A stretch of DNA of 64,000 nucleotides from Ranitomeya imitator (Eukaryota): the NCBI RefSeq assembly GCF_032444005.1, contig NC_091284.1, forward strand, positions 133,982,001-134,046,000, read 5' to 3'. The notes beneath the pieces are model-generated. The model made no database searches. It saw nothing but the letters and a program-made list of their open reading frames with translations, and had not been told where the DNA came from. Shown here one piece after another: positions 12,758 through 25,020 of this stretch; the stretch's first letter is position 1, and each line of letters starts with the position of its first letter. The translations under genes were made by a program, and so were the position numbers.

Positions 12758-13989
12758 GAATGTGAAAGTGAATGGTTTACACTAGCACATGGAACAGAAG
12801 GTCTGAACTTGTGCAAGAAACAAATCCATCGTACGAAAGACAAAAACGGCCCTATTGACTATAGAAAGGGCTGTTTGGTAAAAAAAAAAATTAGCAAAGC
12901 ACAGCATGTGGCATATTTTCTTCCCGTAAAAATGAAGCAAATGTAAACCTAGTCTTACAAAACCTATATTCATATACCCTAAATACAAAGGATGGAATTC
13001 TGGTCAGCATCCTCTTGTCTTGGCCAAAGTGGTGAATAGGTATCAACAGCATCTCTCTAGAGGACCTGTCCTGTACTGCATTACACGGGTAAGCCAGTGA
13101 TTTGGAGGAGCAGACTGCAATGCTTAGGTTCCCCTGTGGGAGTGCTGCAGGTGAACTCAACAGTTATTACCAGATTTCTCTACGGATTACAGCTGATCGC
13201 TGGGAATTCAAGTCGGGAGTCCCAAAAATGAATAAAAGCATTAGAAGTAAAATTGTACATATAAGCAAAGTAGGACTAACTCAGCATGAAATCATGGCCA
13301 GGCTGAATGTTTCTAATGGACTATGAATGAAGTTCTAAAACACTTTACTTGAACTGATCGAGTTGTATCCAAAGCCCTGTCTGATAGACCCGAAGAGACC
13401 ACACCAGCAGAAGACAAATCCAAAAAGCTTCATAGACTGAGAAAACAGCAAGAAATACTGAAGAAAAATAGAGACTCCAGACTGCGAAAGTTTTGTCAAA
13501 AGATGTTTGTAAGTAGAGGCTGGAGAGGTCTCATTTTCTGTGACCAGGTATGATTGATATATCTAAATGCGGCTGTATATTTAACCTTGGCATTATTCCT
13601 CATACAAACATTTCCAGTGAAATGTACAAAGCCATCACCATGAATTCTTCCATTTCCATCTATCCCAAGGCTAGGACATTGCCCGGGTTAATGTGGAGTG
13701 ATGTTCTCCTTTTATACAGAAAAGGCCGGTGACCTTTCATTTCCAAGCTTGTATAGCTCGTAGGAAGCCATTATCCTGAGAAGTCTGCTGTTTATAACCA
13801 TTCTATTGGATGAGACAAAAAAAGACATACATTTACCCCGATATCACCACATTATCTGATGTAGAACCTCAGTGAACCCTTCCCATTGTCCTCTGCTAGA
13901 CAAGTGAAGGACAGAAATGTAAAAAGGAAAAACATGTCTACGGTGATGATGAATGACTTTAGCTGCAGATGTCATAAAAGCTGTAAAGC

Positions 13990-14450
13990 TTCACCACTGT
14001 TCAAAGTGTTTTCGACAAAAAAAAGTAGTTAGGGTAACACAGGGCGTTTTTGCTGCTTTTTTATCTGCAGCAAAACCTGATTTCTTGGCAAGAAAGAAGC
14101 CGCAGCAAAAACGCAGGTTTAGGGGCGTTTTGGGGCTAGCTTGTGTCTCTTTGTCCATGCTAATGTCCATGACTTTTCTGCAGAAAAAAAGCTGCAAATA
14201 ATGATACCTGCGTTTTTGCTGCGTTTCTTCAACACCCATTCAAGCCAATGGGTGAAAAATGCTGCAAAAACACTGACAGAAGCGACATGCTCTATGTCCA
14301 AAAAAAGCAGCAAAGCACAAAATCCTGATGACAAAAAAAACAATGTGTGTGCATGAGATTTCTGAAATCTCACAAGCTTTGCTGGTACTGTAAAAAGCAG
14401 CTGAAAATTAGCAAAAAACCGCAGCAAAAACGCCCAGTGTGAACATACCC
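13990..14450. mobile_element. Harbinger-like MITE, right end only
   Basis: Ends GTGTGAACATACCC|TTA; internal GCTGCGTTTT/AAAACGC repeats; left TIR not found. Confidence 0.55.
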
Positions 14451-15763
14451 TTAAGCACTTCTAAAAGTGACAGAATTTTTGCACAACTCAGCTACAGAAA
14501 AATGGGCAGAGTCAGGGAGGACACAGGTGGCATAGCCATGCCCCATCCCTCCCTGTCCAGTTTACTAAAAGTGCCGACTGGGGTAGCACTTCGGGCAGGT
14601 GGCCCACGCCACAGAAAAGATGTACCAAATTAAGATGGACCTCTTAATAAATTTGCTGCATCGTACTCCAGAGAGCCCTTTATTAAAATACCAGTATTAA
14701 TAAATCAGCACCAAACTTTCCTTTATTGGCAGCTGCAATCAATGGGAGTTTGATGGGCAAAAAATGACAGTAAACTAATAATCTTTAGGCAGACTCGCAA
14801 TCAAAATTATTGAATCCCCATTGCAAATTGGCCAAACAAAGTTTCTCCAAATTCAACATAAAATGCCACTTTCATTGACTACTGCAGTCTTAGAATTATT
14901 CAATCCCCCAAATAAAATGATTTAAAGCGCACCCATCTACACATTAGGTATTGTGTCATGCATACCTAATGCAATTAACAATGACCTGTATTTGTTGCAT
15001 GCGGTGTGCTTGAAATAAAAGACATAAAATACCTGGACTTCCTAGGGGGTTGACAGCAGTGATGTTGGAAATAAGACTTGATGGTGGAATGGAAGATACA
15101 TTTTATTCCTCAGTGGCGAGTGCTAGGTACGGTTTGATCCAGGAAAAATTTCTAAACAGTGTTTACTATACCCTAGAAAGGTTGAGGAGGTTTGTGATGA
15201 TCTGGATGATTTGTGTTTTCATTGTCAAGCAGTTGTGGCCTCCTTTCTGCACTTGATTTGGTCCGGTCTGAAAATTTCATCCATTCTGGTCTGAGCTGCT
15301 TCTATATCTTCATGAACACTTTTAGTTCCCTAGGGTGCTGTCCTCTACAGAGTGCCTGCTGAGTATGACACATGAACTTATTGAAGTATCCCATGATAAA
15401 CTATTTCTTATATTTCCGATTGTCTGTGCTAGAAAAATAATTATAATGGCAGCTAAATCCATGGAAGTCCCTTGTATGCTCCAGTGGCTGCAATTAGTCA
15501 ATATATTCCGTTATATTACGTCTTCTATACATATAGGAGGTGTGCTTATAGAAGTGTGATAAGGTATGGGAACAATGGTTAGCCATAGCATTCAGAAGTT
15601 TTTTTCTGATGACTCTTCTATGCCAGTGTCAATGAACAAAAGAACAATGTACCATAACTCCAGAGCCTGCTAAATCTATCTGAACGTCTTTTGCAGTCAA
15701 GTGGGGGTTCTGATTTTCTTCTCTAGCAATCCTACGAGCAGCTGTCACTGAAATTTTGCTTAA

Positions 15764-16488
15764 GGTACCTTCACACTAAACAACTTCACAACGATATCGC
15801 TAGCGATCCGTGACGTTGCAGCGTCCTGGCTAGCGATATCGTTGTGTTTGACACGCAGCAGCGATCAGGATCCTGCTGTGATGTCGTTGGTCGGAGCTAG
15901 AGGGCCAGACCTTTCTTTCGTCGCTGGATCACCCGCTGACATCGCTGAATCGGCGTGTGTGACACCGATTCAGCGATGTCTTCACTGGTAACCAGGGTAA
16001 ACATCAGGTTACTAAGTGCAGGGCCACGCTTAGTAACCCGAAGTTTACCCTGGTTACCAGCATAAAAGTAAAAAAAAACTAACACTACATACTTACCTTC
16101 TGCTGTCTGTACTCCGGCGCTGTGCTTCTCTGCACTCCTCCTGCATCCTGTGTCAGCGTCGGTCAGCCGGAAAGCACAGCGGTGACGTCACCGCTCTGCT
16201 TTCCGGCCGCTGTGCTCACAGTCAGTGCAGGAAACCAGAGCGCCAGGGACAGACAGCGAAGATAAGTATGTAGTGTTTGTTTTTTTACTTTTACGATGGT
16301 AACCATGGTAAACATCGGGTTACTAAGCGCGGCCCTGCGCTTAGTAACCCGATGTTTACCCTGGTTACCGGCATCGTTGGTCGCTGGAGAGCTGTCTGTG
16401 TGACAGCTCTCCAGCGACCAAACAGCGACACTGCAGCGATCGACATCGTTGTCGGTATCGCTGCAGCGTCGCTTAGTGTGAAGGTACC
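15764..16488. mobile_element. Harbinger-like MITE nested in Tc1
   Basis: TAA|GGTACCTTCACACT ... AGTGTGAAGGTACC|TTA with internal repeated GGTTACTAAG..TTAGTAACC hairpins. Confidence 0.85.
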
Positions 16489-16922
16489 TTAAGTCTTCCA
16501 GATCTTATCTTGACCTCCACTGTTCCTGTTATCTGCCATTTTTTTTAAACACATTTCAAACTGAGGAAGGGGCAACTTGAAAACGCTTTGCCATCTTTTT
16601 ATAGCCTTCTCCTGCTTTGTGGGCCTCCACCATTTTCAGAGTGCTACGCAGCTGCTTTGAAGAACCCATGGCTGCTGTTTTTTTGCACAATGTTAGAGGA
16701 GGCTGGGTTTTTATGAAGCTAAGAAATTTGCATCACCTGGCCTTTCCTAACAAGCCAATTAAGGTCGGAAACCTTGGTCAAAGTTATCAGAGCAAACAAA
16801 ACTTCAAAGATGCCAAAACTTTTGCACTGACCCATTTTCCCGACTGTAATTTTTAAAATGTAAATGATGAAAAAATATATATATTTTTTGTCTGAAATAC
16901 AAAGGAAATGTGTCTTCTTTAA

Positions 16923-17390
16923 GGCTACTTTCACACTTCCGTTTTCTGGGGTCCGTCGTGGTGCAGCNNNNNNNNNNNNNNNNNNNNNNNNNNNNNNNNN
17001 NNNNNNNNNNNNNNNNNNNNNNNNNNNNNNNNNNNNNNNNNNNNNNNNNNNNNNNNNNNNNNNNNNNNNNNNNNNNNNNNNNNNNNNNNNNNNNNNNNNN
17101 TCCCGGACTTAAATCTTTCCGGGCATGCTCAGAAGAGAAAAACTGGATTCCTGTGTGTGATGGTCAGCAACGGATCCTGCGCCCATAGGCTTCCATTGGA
17201 GCCAACGACGGGCAGCGCAGGATGCGTCGCTGACCGATTTTCTGACGTGCACAAAAAACGTTACAATGAACGTTTTCTCTGCACGACGGACCACTATTTT
17301 ACGACGGATCAAATTTTTTTGCAGGATCCTGCATTCTCAAAAATCTACGGATTGTGACGGATCTGAAAAGACGGAAGTGTGAAAGTAGCC
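16923..17390. mobile_element. Harbinger-like MITE nested in Tc1 TIR, spanning the assembly gap
   Basis: TAA|GGCTACTTTCACACTTCCGT ... ACGGAAGTGTGAAAGTAGCC|TAA. Confidence 0.85.
16968..17100. other. Assembly gap (133 N)
   Basis: Run of N characters. Confidence 1.
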
Positions 17391-18835
17391 TAACTTTAGG
17401 CCTTTTAGAGATCTTCATCTTGCTTAACTGTTCACAATAACAGTAATTTTACCAGGGGTGCCCAAACTTTTATATGCCTTTGTATAATGACATATACTCT
17501 TTGAGAAAAGCCCAGGGAAACTCACATGTATTATGTAGGCCTGGTGACTGGGAACTATGCCAGAAAAGGGGACTGATTGCTATATTACCAGCTCTGAGTG
17601 CGGCCAATCCGTTTGGATGTGATAAAGTTTATTACAAAAATACGTAACAATACATTATAAAGTGACTAACGAATAGAGATGTCATCTGTCATTATACTCC
17701 ATGCCCTGCAATGATGAGATTACACTACTGACACTGCCCTAGTCTACACAGCAAAGCTGAAAATTGACGTGCAGAAAATAGGAACTACCATACTGCATAT
17801 TCTACAGAGTTTAGAAATTATAAAACACACACAGTCACATAATGTAAAAAGAAAACAAAAAAATCTTAATTTAAATCATTGCTCATTTTCAGACGATACA
17901 TTTTCTTAAGGTGACAGAATTAAGCTTCCCCTTATGTTCTTCATCACAAAGCCCAGCAGGACTACAGACAACATAAAGGAAATTTCCACAAGGCCAGCAT
18001 CTGAAATCCTGGCACTAGCTTCCTGCAAAGAACTTCTTTATAACCCAGAATGCAGCAGTGGAGATTTCGCAATTACCAATTAGTCGGCTCTTCTAATTAA
18101 TAAAAATGTAGCTGCATAATGTATGCATAATTAGTTTTCTTGGCTTCAGGGCATTTACAGTATTTCCCTGGGTCCGTCTGATCATTTCGAACGTTTGATA
18201 ATTCAACAGCTGTCATGTAACGGTAAGACCTTATTAAAGCAATTTTACTGTACTTATACCTATCATCATTAGGAAGAGTAATTTACGCTAATTGTAACAG
18301 CAAAGACTGAAAGTTCCATAATTAGAACCTGACAATGACATGTTCCTGGCTTAAAATAAGGAACAGCCCACAGATGAAAGTTTGGAATTACCTCTCCCAG
18401 GCCTAGGTTTTATTAAAGCCATGCATCCCTGTTTTGAGGCATTATTATGGAAACTATTCAACAGTGAAAAGCATAGTGCACTGGCTCCACATAGCCTGGG
18501 AAAAACTACTATAGGAGGCACTGAGCACCACTCGCTACAGCAAAAAGAATATTCTAGAGGTAAACAATGAGGTAATATTCCTGAGCAATACAAAAAGAGG
18601 AGAAAACTACAAAACTAAACTGAATGTGCCCAGGCTGCACCACAATTCTGGCTATGTATGCACCAAACAATGTCTTGCAAACACTTTTTTTCCTAGCTAG
18701 ACAGTGTCTAGAATATGGGCACGGTTTTGCAAAAAAAGGCTTAGCATCAAGGGGTGGTCCGACACATAAAATGTATTTTCTAATTTACTCAATTATACAA
18801 TACCCTACATTTCTCCCAATCTATCTAATCCATCA

Positions 18836-19724
18836 GTCTGTGTGCACACATTCCGTTTTTTTTTTCGCTATATAAACGAGATAAAACCACGAAAAAAAAA
18901 ACGCTCACATTAAGCATCCTATTAAAAGAATGCAATCCGCATTTTGCATGCACATGCTGCGTTTTTTTCCTGAGTGGAAATGCATTCCGGAAAAATACGC
19001 AGCATGTTCATTAATTTGCGGAATTGCGGGGATTCCGCACACATAGGAATGCAGTGATCCGCTTACTTCCCGCATGGGGCTATGCCCACCATGCGGGCAG
19101 TAAGCGGATCATGTGCGGTTGGTACCCAGGGTGGAGGAGAGGAGACTCTCCTCCACGGACTGGGCACCATATCACTGTAAAAAAAAAAAAGAATTGGAAT
19201 ACAAAATTGTGATGTACTCACCTTCCGATGGCCCCCGGAGTCCGCCCGCCTCTCAGCGGTGCACGCGGCGGCATCCGTTCCCAGGGATGCTGTGTGCGAA
19301 GGCCCTAGGATGACGTCGCGGTCACGTGACCGTGACGTCATCCCAGGTCCTTCGCACACAGCATCCCTGGGAACGGAAGCCACCGCATGCACCGCTGAGG
19401 AGATTGGGGGCCGTCGGAAGGTGAGAATCTTTTTTTTTTTATTTTTTTTATTATTTTTAACATTAGATCTTTTTACTATTTATGCTGCATAGGCAGCATA
19501 AATAGTAAAAAGTTGGTCACACTTGTCAAACACTATGTCAGTTTTCCAAGCGGTGCTACAGATCGTTTGGAAAACGCTAGCATTCTGCAAGCTAATTACG
19601 CTTGTAAAACGCTAGTGTTTAGCGGGAATATGCATGCAAATTCTGCATGCGATATACCCGCGGCAGGAATTGCGGAATTGCCGTGGAAATTTCCACGGCA
19701 ATTCTGCAATGTGTGCACATAGCC
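18836..19724. mobile_element. Harbinger-like MITE with internal inverted halves
   Basis: Ends AATGTGTGCACATAGCC|TAA; degenerate left end TGTGTGCACACATT; central GATGACGTCGCGGTCACGTGACCGTGACGTCATC palindrome. Confidence 0.7.
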
Positions 19725-21169
19725 TAACGCTTTCACCACCTTGGTATTTTTTGATTTTTTGCTCCCTTTCTTCCCAGAGCCATAACTTTTTATTGCTTCA
19801 TCTGTATGAGGGGCGTGTTTTTTTTTTTAAAGTTGTACTTTTGAACGACACCATTGATTTTACCATGTAGTGTACTGGAAAAGGGCTGGGGGGGGGGGGG
19901 GGACTCCATGCGAGGTGAAATTGCAAAAAAAAAAATGCAATTCCACAATTATTTATTTTTTTTAACCATGTACACTAAATGATAAAACTCACCTGCCATT
20001 ATGATTCTCCAGGTCCTTACAAGTTCACACATACTAAGCATGTATAGGTACTTCCATTTTTCAGGGTCTGGGAATTGGTGACGGCTTATTTCTTTAGTGA
20101 TGTTTTTATTGATACCATTTTGGGGTAGATAAATTATTTTGATCACCTGTTATTGCATTTTATTGCAATATTGCGGCAGCCAACAAAAACGTAATTCTGG
20201 AGTTTTGATCTTTTTTCGCGTTATGCCGTTTACCGATCAGATTAACTATTTTCATATTTTGACAGATTGGGCGTTTCTGAACGATTCTTGCATAACCGCC
20301 CTGTGAAGAGGTCCTGGATCCTGAGTGATGGACAGTGTGAGATGTGAGAGCAGCGCCAGCACTGCTTCTATCTCTACCACCGCCATAGTTTCCAACTGAA
20401 AGACAACATCAAGAGGAAGAAATAGAACCAGTCATTGACATCAGAGTCACCAAACAGCTTTTAGCCGCGCCCTCAAACGAATAGTCATTAGACGGCGGCG
20501 CTGGTGTCACTGTCTGCTTCTTTCACCGCCCCCTGCTAACAATTCATTTTTGGGCAGTGCTAAAAGCTGTGAGATGGCTCCCTTGTCACTTACTGCTTCT
20601 ATTTCCTATCTTGACGCATCTTCTTTCATTGAAGCTACAGCAGTGGCGGAGATAGAAACAAAGTGTCAGCGCTGCACTTACATCTCCCAGGATCCAGGAC
20701 GCCTTTAGAGGGGCAGTGATGCAAGAAACTAGTAACTGCAGTGCTGTTGCCTGTGATGCCCTGTTCTAGGAGGGGCAATGGACGAAGCACGGAGTGAGTG
20801 CAGTCCCAACCTCCTGTGACGTTACGTTTGAGAGACCTCTAAAACGAAATGTGACAGCAAGTTCAATTAAAAAAAAAAAACACATTTAAAAATTAACTAG
20901 ACAGGGAGAAGATTTATTGTGTAATAAAGTAAATTACAAAAGTGGTTAAGGTGTAAGGTTAGATATGTAGAAAATAAACTTTAAGTGCAGGACTACCCCT
21001 TTAAAAACCCAATCGTGAAACATATATTTGAATCAACATATTTGTGCAAAGCAAGTGAAAGAATAGAGAACATAAAGTACCAAAAAAAAGCATCTAAAAT
21101 GTAGCAAGATGCAATAAAACTAACAAACAGCATGAGAAACGGTTATAAATTCAGCACCGCGTCTGACTA

Positions 21170-21594
21170 CGGTATATTCCGGCATATAAGACGACTTTTT
21201 AACCCCTAAAAATTGTCCCAAAAGTCGGGGGTCGTCTTATATGCCGGGTACGGGTGCACGGAGTGATCCTGGATGGCTCCCAGGGTCTGAAGGAGAGGAG
21301 ACTCTTCTTCAGGCCCTGGGATCCATATTCATGTAAAAAATAAAGAATAAAAATAAAAAATATGGATATACTCACCCCTCCGACGGACCCTGGCTCTCAG
21401 CGCTGCAAGCGTCTGCCTCCGTTCCTAAGAATGCAGTGAGTGAAGGACCTTCGATGACGTCGCAGTCACGTGACCGGTCACCTGATCGCTCACGTGACCG
21501 CGACATCATCGAAGGTCCTTCACTCACTGCATTCTTATACTGCATTCTGCGTATATCTTATACGCCCAGTCGTCTTATACACCAGAAAATACGG
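21170..21594. mobile_element. Tc1/mariner-pogo-like MITE
   Basis: TA|CGGTATATTCCGGCATATAAGACG ... CGTCTTATACACCAGAAAATACGG imperfect TIRs. Confidence 0.65.
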
Positions 21595-22069
21595 AAGTCT
21601 AATTTTAAGCTGTTATGAAGAATCCTTGCAATATCTGTACAATAATACAGGAATGAAAGCTCATCTGAATTCGATATGAATACTGTATTCTTTGACCACT
21701 AGACAACATAAAACTTTGTGATTTCTGAATAGTCTCGATGTTAAACAGCTAAAGGTGGTGTCCTGGCAAAAAAAAGTTTTCCCCAGGGGACTAGAGCCGT
21801 AAAAAATAACAAAATAAGAGATGTTCACCTACTGGCAGCCATCTAGATCCTGCACAGTCCTCTCTGTGGTCTTCACTGACACAGGAAAAGGAAATGTAAT
21901 CATTCCAAGAGCAGCAGAACTGCTGATTGGCTGCAGTGGTCAGGTGAATTAAGGGTGACATACAAACCCCCTGAACTTTTATTTTTGACCAGACAACTCC
22001 TTTATCTAAAGATTAAGTATTAAAAAATGTATGGTATGCTTCTATTAGACTATGCTTACATTGCATCTA

Positions 22070-23146
22070 CAGTGGCATGTAACGGTTTGGGCACCCCTGG
22101 TCAAAATTACTGTTTTTGTGAACAGTTAAGCACAAGTTGAAGATGAAATGATCTCTAAAAGGCCTAAAATTAAAGAGGACACATTTCCTTTGTATTTTAG
22201 GCAAAAAAATGTAATGTAATTTTTTACATTTTAGAAATTACAAAAAGGAAAATGGTCTGATGATTTGTGTGCTCAGATAACTTTTACCAAGGTTTCATAC
22301 ACCAATTAGTCTGTTAGGGCTATGGCTTGTTTTTACCATCATTGTTAGGAAGGGCTAGGTTAAGCAAATTTCCCAGCTGTATAAAACTCCAGTCTCCTCT
22401 AACCTTGTGCCAAAAAAACAGCAGCCATGGGTTCTTCTAAGCAGCTGCCTAGCACTCTGAAAATGAAAATGGTGGAAGCACACAAAAGCAGGAGAAGGTT
22501 TTAAGAAGATAGTAAAGCGTTTTCAAGTTGCCCTTTCCTCATTTTGAAATGTAATTAAAAATGGCAGTTAACAGGACAGTTTAGGTCAAAATAAAGTCTA
22601 GAAGACCAAGAAAATTTCAGTGAGCTGCTCGTGGGATTTCTAGAGAGGAAAATCAGAACCCCCGCTTGACTACAAAAGACCTTCAGAAAGATTTAGCAGA
22701 CTCTGAAGTTGCAGTACATTGTTCTACTGTTCAGAGGCACCTGCACAAATATGATAGTCATTAGAGAGTCATCATAAGAAAACCTCTCCTGCGTACTCAC
22801 AGTAAAAAAAGAAAAAAAAAAAGAAAAAGGTTTTACAATGGCCCCAACAATCCCATGATCTGAAAAATCAATGAAAATCTGTGGCTAGATCTCAAAATAG
22901 CAGTGCATGCAAGACGACCCAGAAATCTTACAGAACTGGAAGAATTCCTAAGAAGAATGGATGAAAATCCCTCAACAAGAATTGAAAAATTCTTGTCTGG
23001 TTTCAAAAGAGTTTGCAAGCTGTATTGCTTTAAAAAGGGGTCGCTACTAAGAACTAACCATGCAGGATGCCCAAACTTTACCATTGGCCAGTTTTCTTTT
23101 TTGTATTTTTTAAAAATGTAAAAGATTAAAAAAAAAAAAAAAAAAA

Positions 23147-23208
<62 letters not shown>

Positions 23209-23363
23209 TTACACACATATATATACACTTTTGCCTACAATACGAAGGAAATGTGTCATCTTTAACTTTAGGCATTTTAGAGATCAATTAAACTTCAACT
23301 TGCTTAACTGTTCACAATAACAGTAATTTTGGCCAGGGGTGTCCAAACTTTGACATGCCACTA
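22070..23363 (+). mobile_element. Internally deleted Tc1 element
   Basis: TA|CAGTGGCATGTAACGGTTTGGGCACCCCTGG ... CCAGGGGTGTCCAAACTTTGACATGCCACTA|TA. Transposase N-terminus MGSSKQLPSTLKMKMVE from 22427 and C-terminus (ENLWLDLKIAVHARRPRNL) present; DDE middle missing. Confidence 0.85.
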
Positions 23364-23628
23364 TAGGCCTCTGTTTCGTATATTTACCAGGAGCTATAAA
23401 TTAAATGGATGCTTCCAAAAAAGTCATACAGTGGCGTCAATCACCATTGAAACTCATTGATAAAGAATGCATAGGTTTAATTTGTATTAATTTCATTTTG
23501 CCAGCAATCACTATTTTCTGGACTGGCAAAATGGGGGAGGTTCAGCATACACCAATTCTGGGTGTTTTACAGTGCTCTGATAAATGTATTTCACATTTGG
23601 GTAGAACTTCAGTTTGGTTACTACTTAC

Positions 23629-23708
23629 CTGAGTGAAGTATTTCCCGTCTTGTTTCAATACCTTCATGCAAAGATCCAAAATCAGCCTAAAAAATTCCCA
23701 AGTAGAAT
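23629..23708 (-). CDS. SMS: Spermine synthase exon 9, 80 nt
   Basis: ccttttatgatctAG|AT TCT ACT TGG GAA ... TTC ACT CAG|GTAAGT = (D)[26 protein letters not shown]. Confidence 0.96.
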
Positions 23709-24200
23709 CTAGATCATAAAAGGTAAAAGGAACAATAGTAATTGGATTGGCAACAAAGGATTTTTAAAAGCTTTACAAAACAGTCATCGCTTCTCATATA
23801 TGTTTTGTTTTAATTTTTCCCATTTAACATCCTGATATACTCAAAGAAAAATTAGATCAGAAGATTTAGAATTCGTAAGCAAAATTAAGTCACTTTCAAG
23901 TTGGGAATTCTTCACCTCAGCTAAGATTAAGACATTTCCCCAAATCTAAATTCCACAATGATGAAAACACTAATAATAATAATAATAAAAAAAAAAGTGT
24001 GTGTACTCAATGTCAAGCAGCAGCAGCAAAAGCAAACAAAATTTTAGGGTGTATAAAAAGATAAAATCCTGAGATCCCAATGTATTGTTACCCATTTATA
24101 AATCACTTGTGAGGCAACCTTAGCATATGGGATGATTTTTTTGCCTCTACATTTTAAAAAAGATATTCAGAAATTAGAGTCAGGTCAAAGGTGGGAAACT

Positions 24201-24638
24201 AGATAATTACAAGGGATGAAAGGCCTCTCTTATGGTGAGAGGTTGGAAAAGTTGGGCTTATTTAGCTTAGAAAAAAGAAAACTCCGAGGATATCATTTAA
24301 ATGTAGAACCATATGTGTGGTCAGTACAAAGGACTGGCGCTTGACTTATTCCTTCCAAGGACCATACTAAAGGACAAGGGGGCACTTATTATGGGTGAAA
24401 CAAAGGCGATTCCGGCAGCTAAATAGGAAAAGGTTCCTTACAGTTCCAACAGTCAGACTGTGGAATGCCCGACCACAAGAGATAGTAATGGCCATAACTA
24501 TAACAGCTTTTAAAAAAGGGCTGGATGATTACCTCAATACACATAACATTGTGGGTTATAGTTAATTTTGTGACAAAATGTATAATTGGTGGAGAAAGGA
24601 TGAACTTTATCGACCTAGGTCCATTTTTCAACCTATGT
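24201..24638 (+). mobile_element. CR1 LINE 3' fragment, decayed
   Basis: Encodes remnant ERLEKLGLFSLEKR ... VRLWNA ... FKKGLDDYL and a CR1-like 3' UTR similar to the CR1 at 61252. Confidence 0.8.
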
Positions 24639-25020
24639 GTATTGTCCCATTTATATTGCAAATATACCAAAACGTAAAGAGGACCTTTCACCAATTTTTT
24701 CATGTTGAACTGGACACAGGCAGAAAAAGTGGCTGCAGAGCAGAATAAAACATTTTTGTCTTTTTTTAATTATGCATCTCTGTTGGGGAGATATTGAATC
24801 AAAAGTATTTTGCACCTAATGAGTTAATCATCAAAGTTATCAGAGAGTTTTCACGGGAGCCTGTACTTCTTCCTTTATGATGTTGGCCAATAATAAGCAG
24901 GAAGCAATATTCAGGAGAAAACCCCCCACAATACCTTAGAGTAGGTTTCCCAGTGTGTGACAATTGCAGTATAATATATCTATCTATACAAAACTATGAA
25001 TTAACACATGTGGAATTATA

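Larger units (their letters stand above)
15130..17482 (-). mobile_element. Decayed Tc1 element interrupted by two MITEs
   Basis: TIR ...CCAGGGGTGCCCAAACTTTT...TG|TA at 17482; start ATG GGT TCT TCA AAG CAG (MGSSKQL) at 16669; sequence homologous in inverted orientation to 22070-23363. Left boundary approximate. Confidence 0.7.

Noticed and set aside
16968-17100. Assembly gap as the hiding place of SMS exon 10
   Set aside because: Both flanks belong to one MITE with matching TIRs and TAA TSD; possible only if the real gap is much larger than 133 nt.
18153-18170. CAG|GGA AAT ACT GTA AAT (GNTVN) resembling the start of SMS exon 10
   Set aside because: No polypyrimidine tract, similarity ends after five codons, in-frame stop follows.
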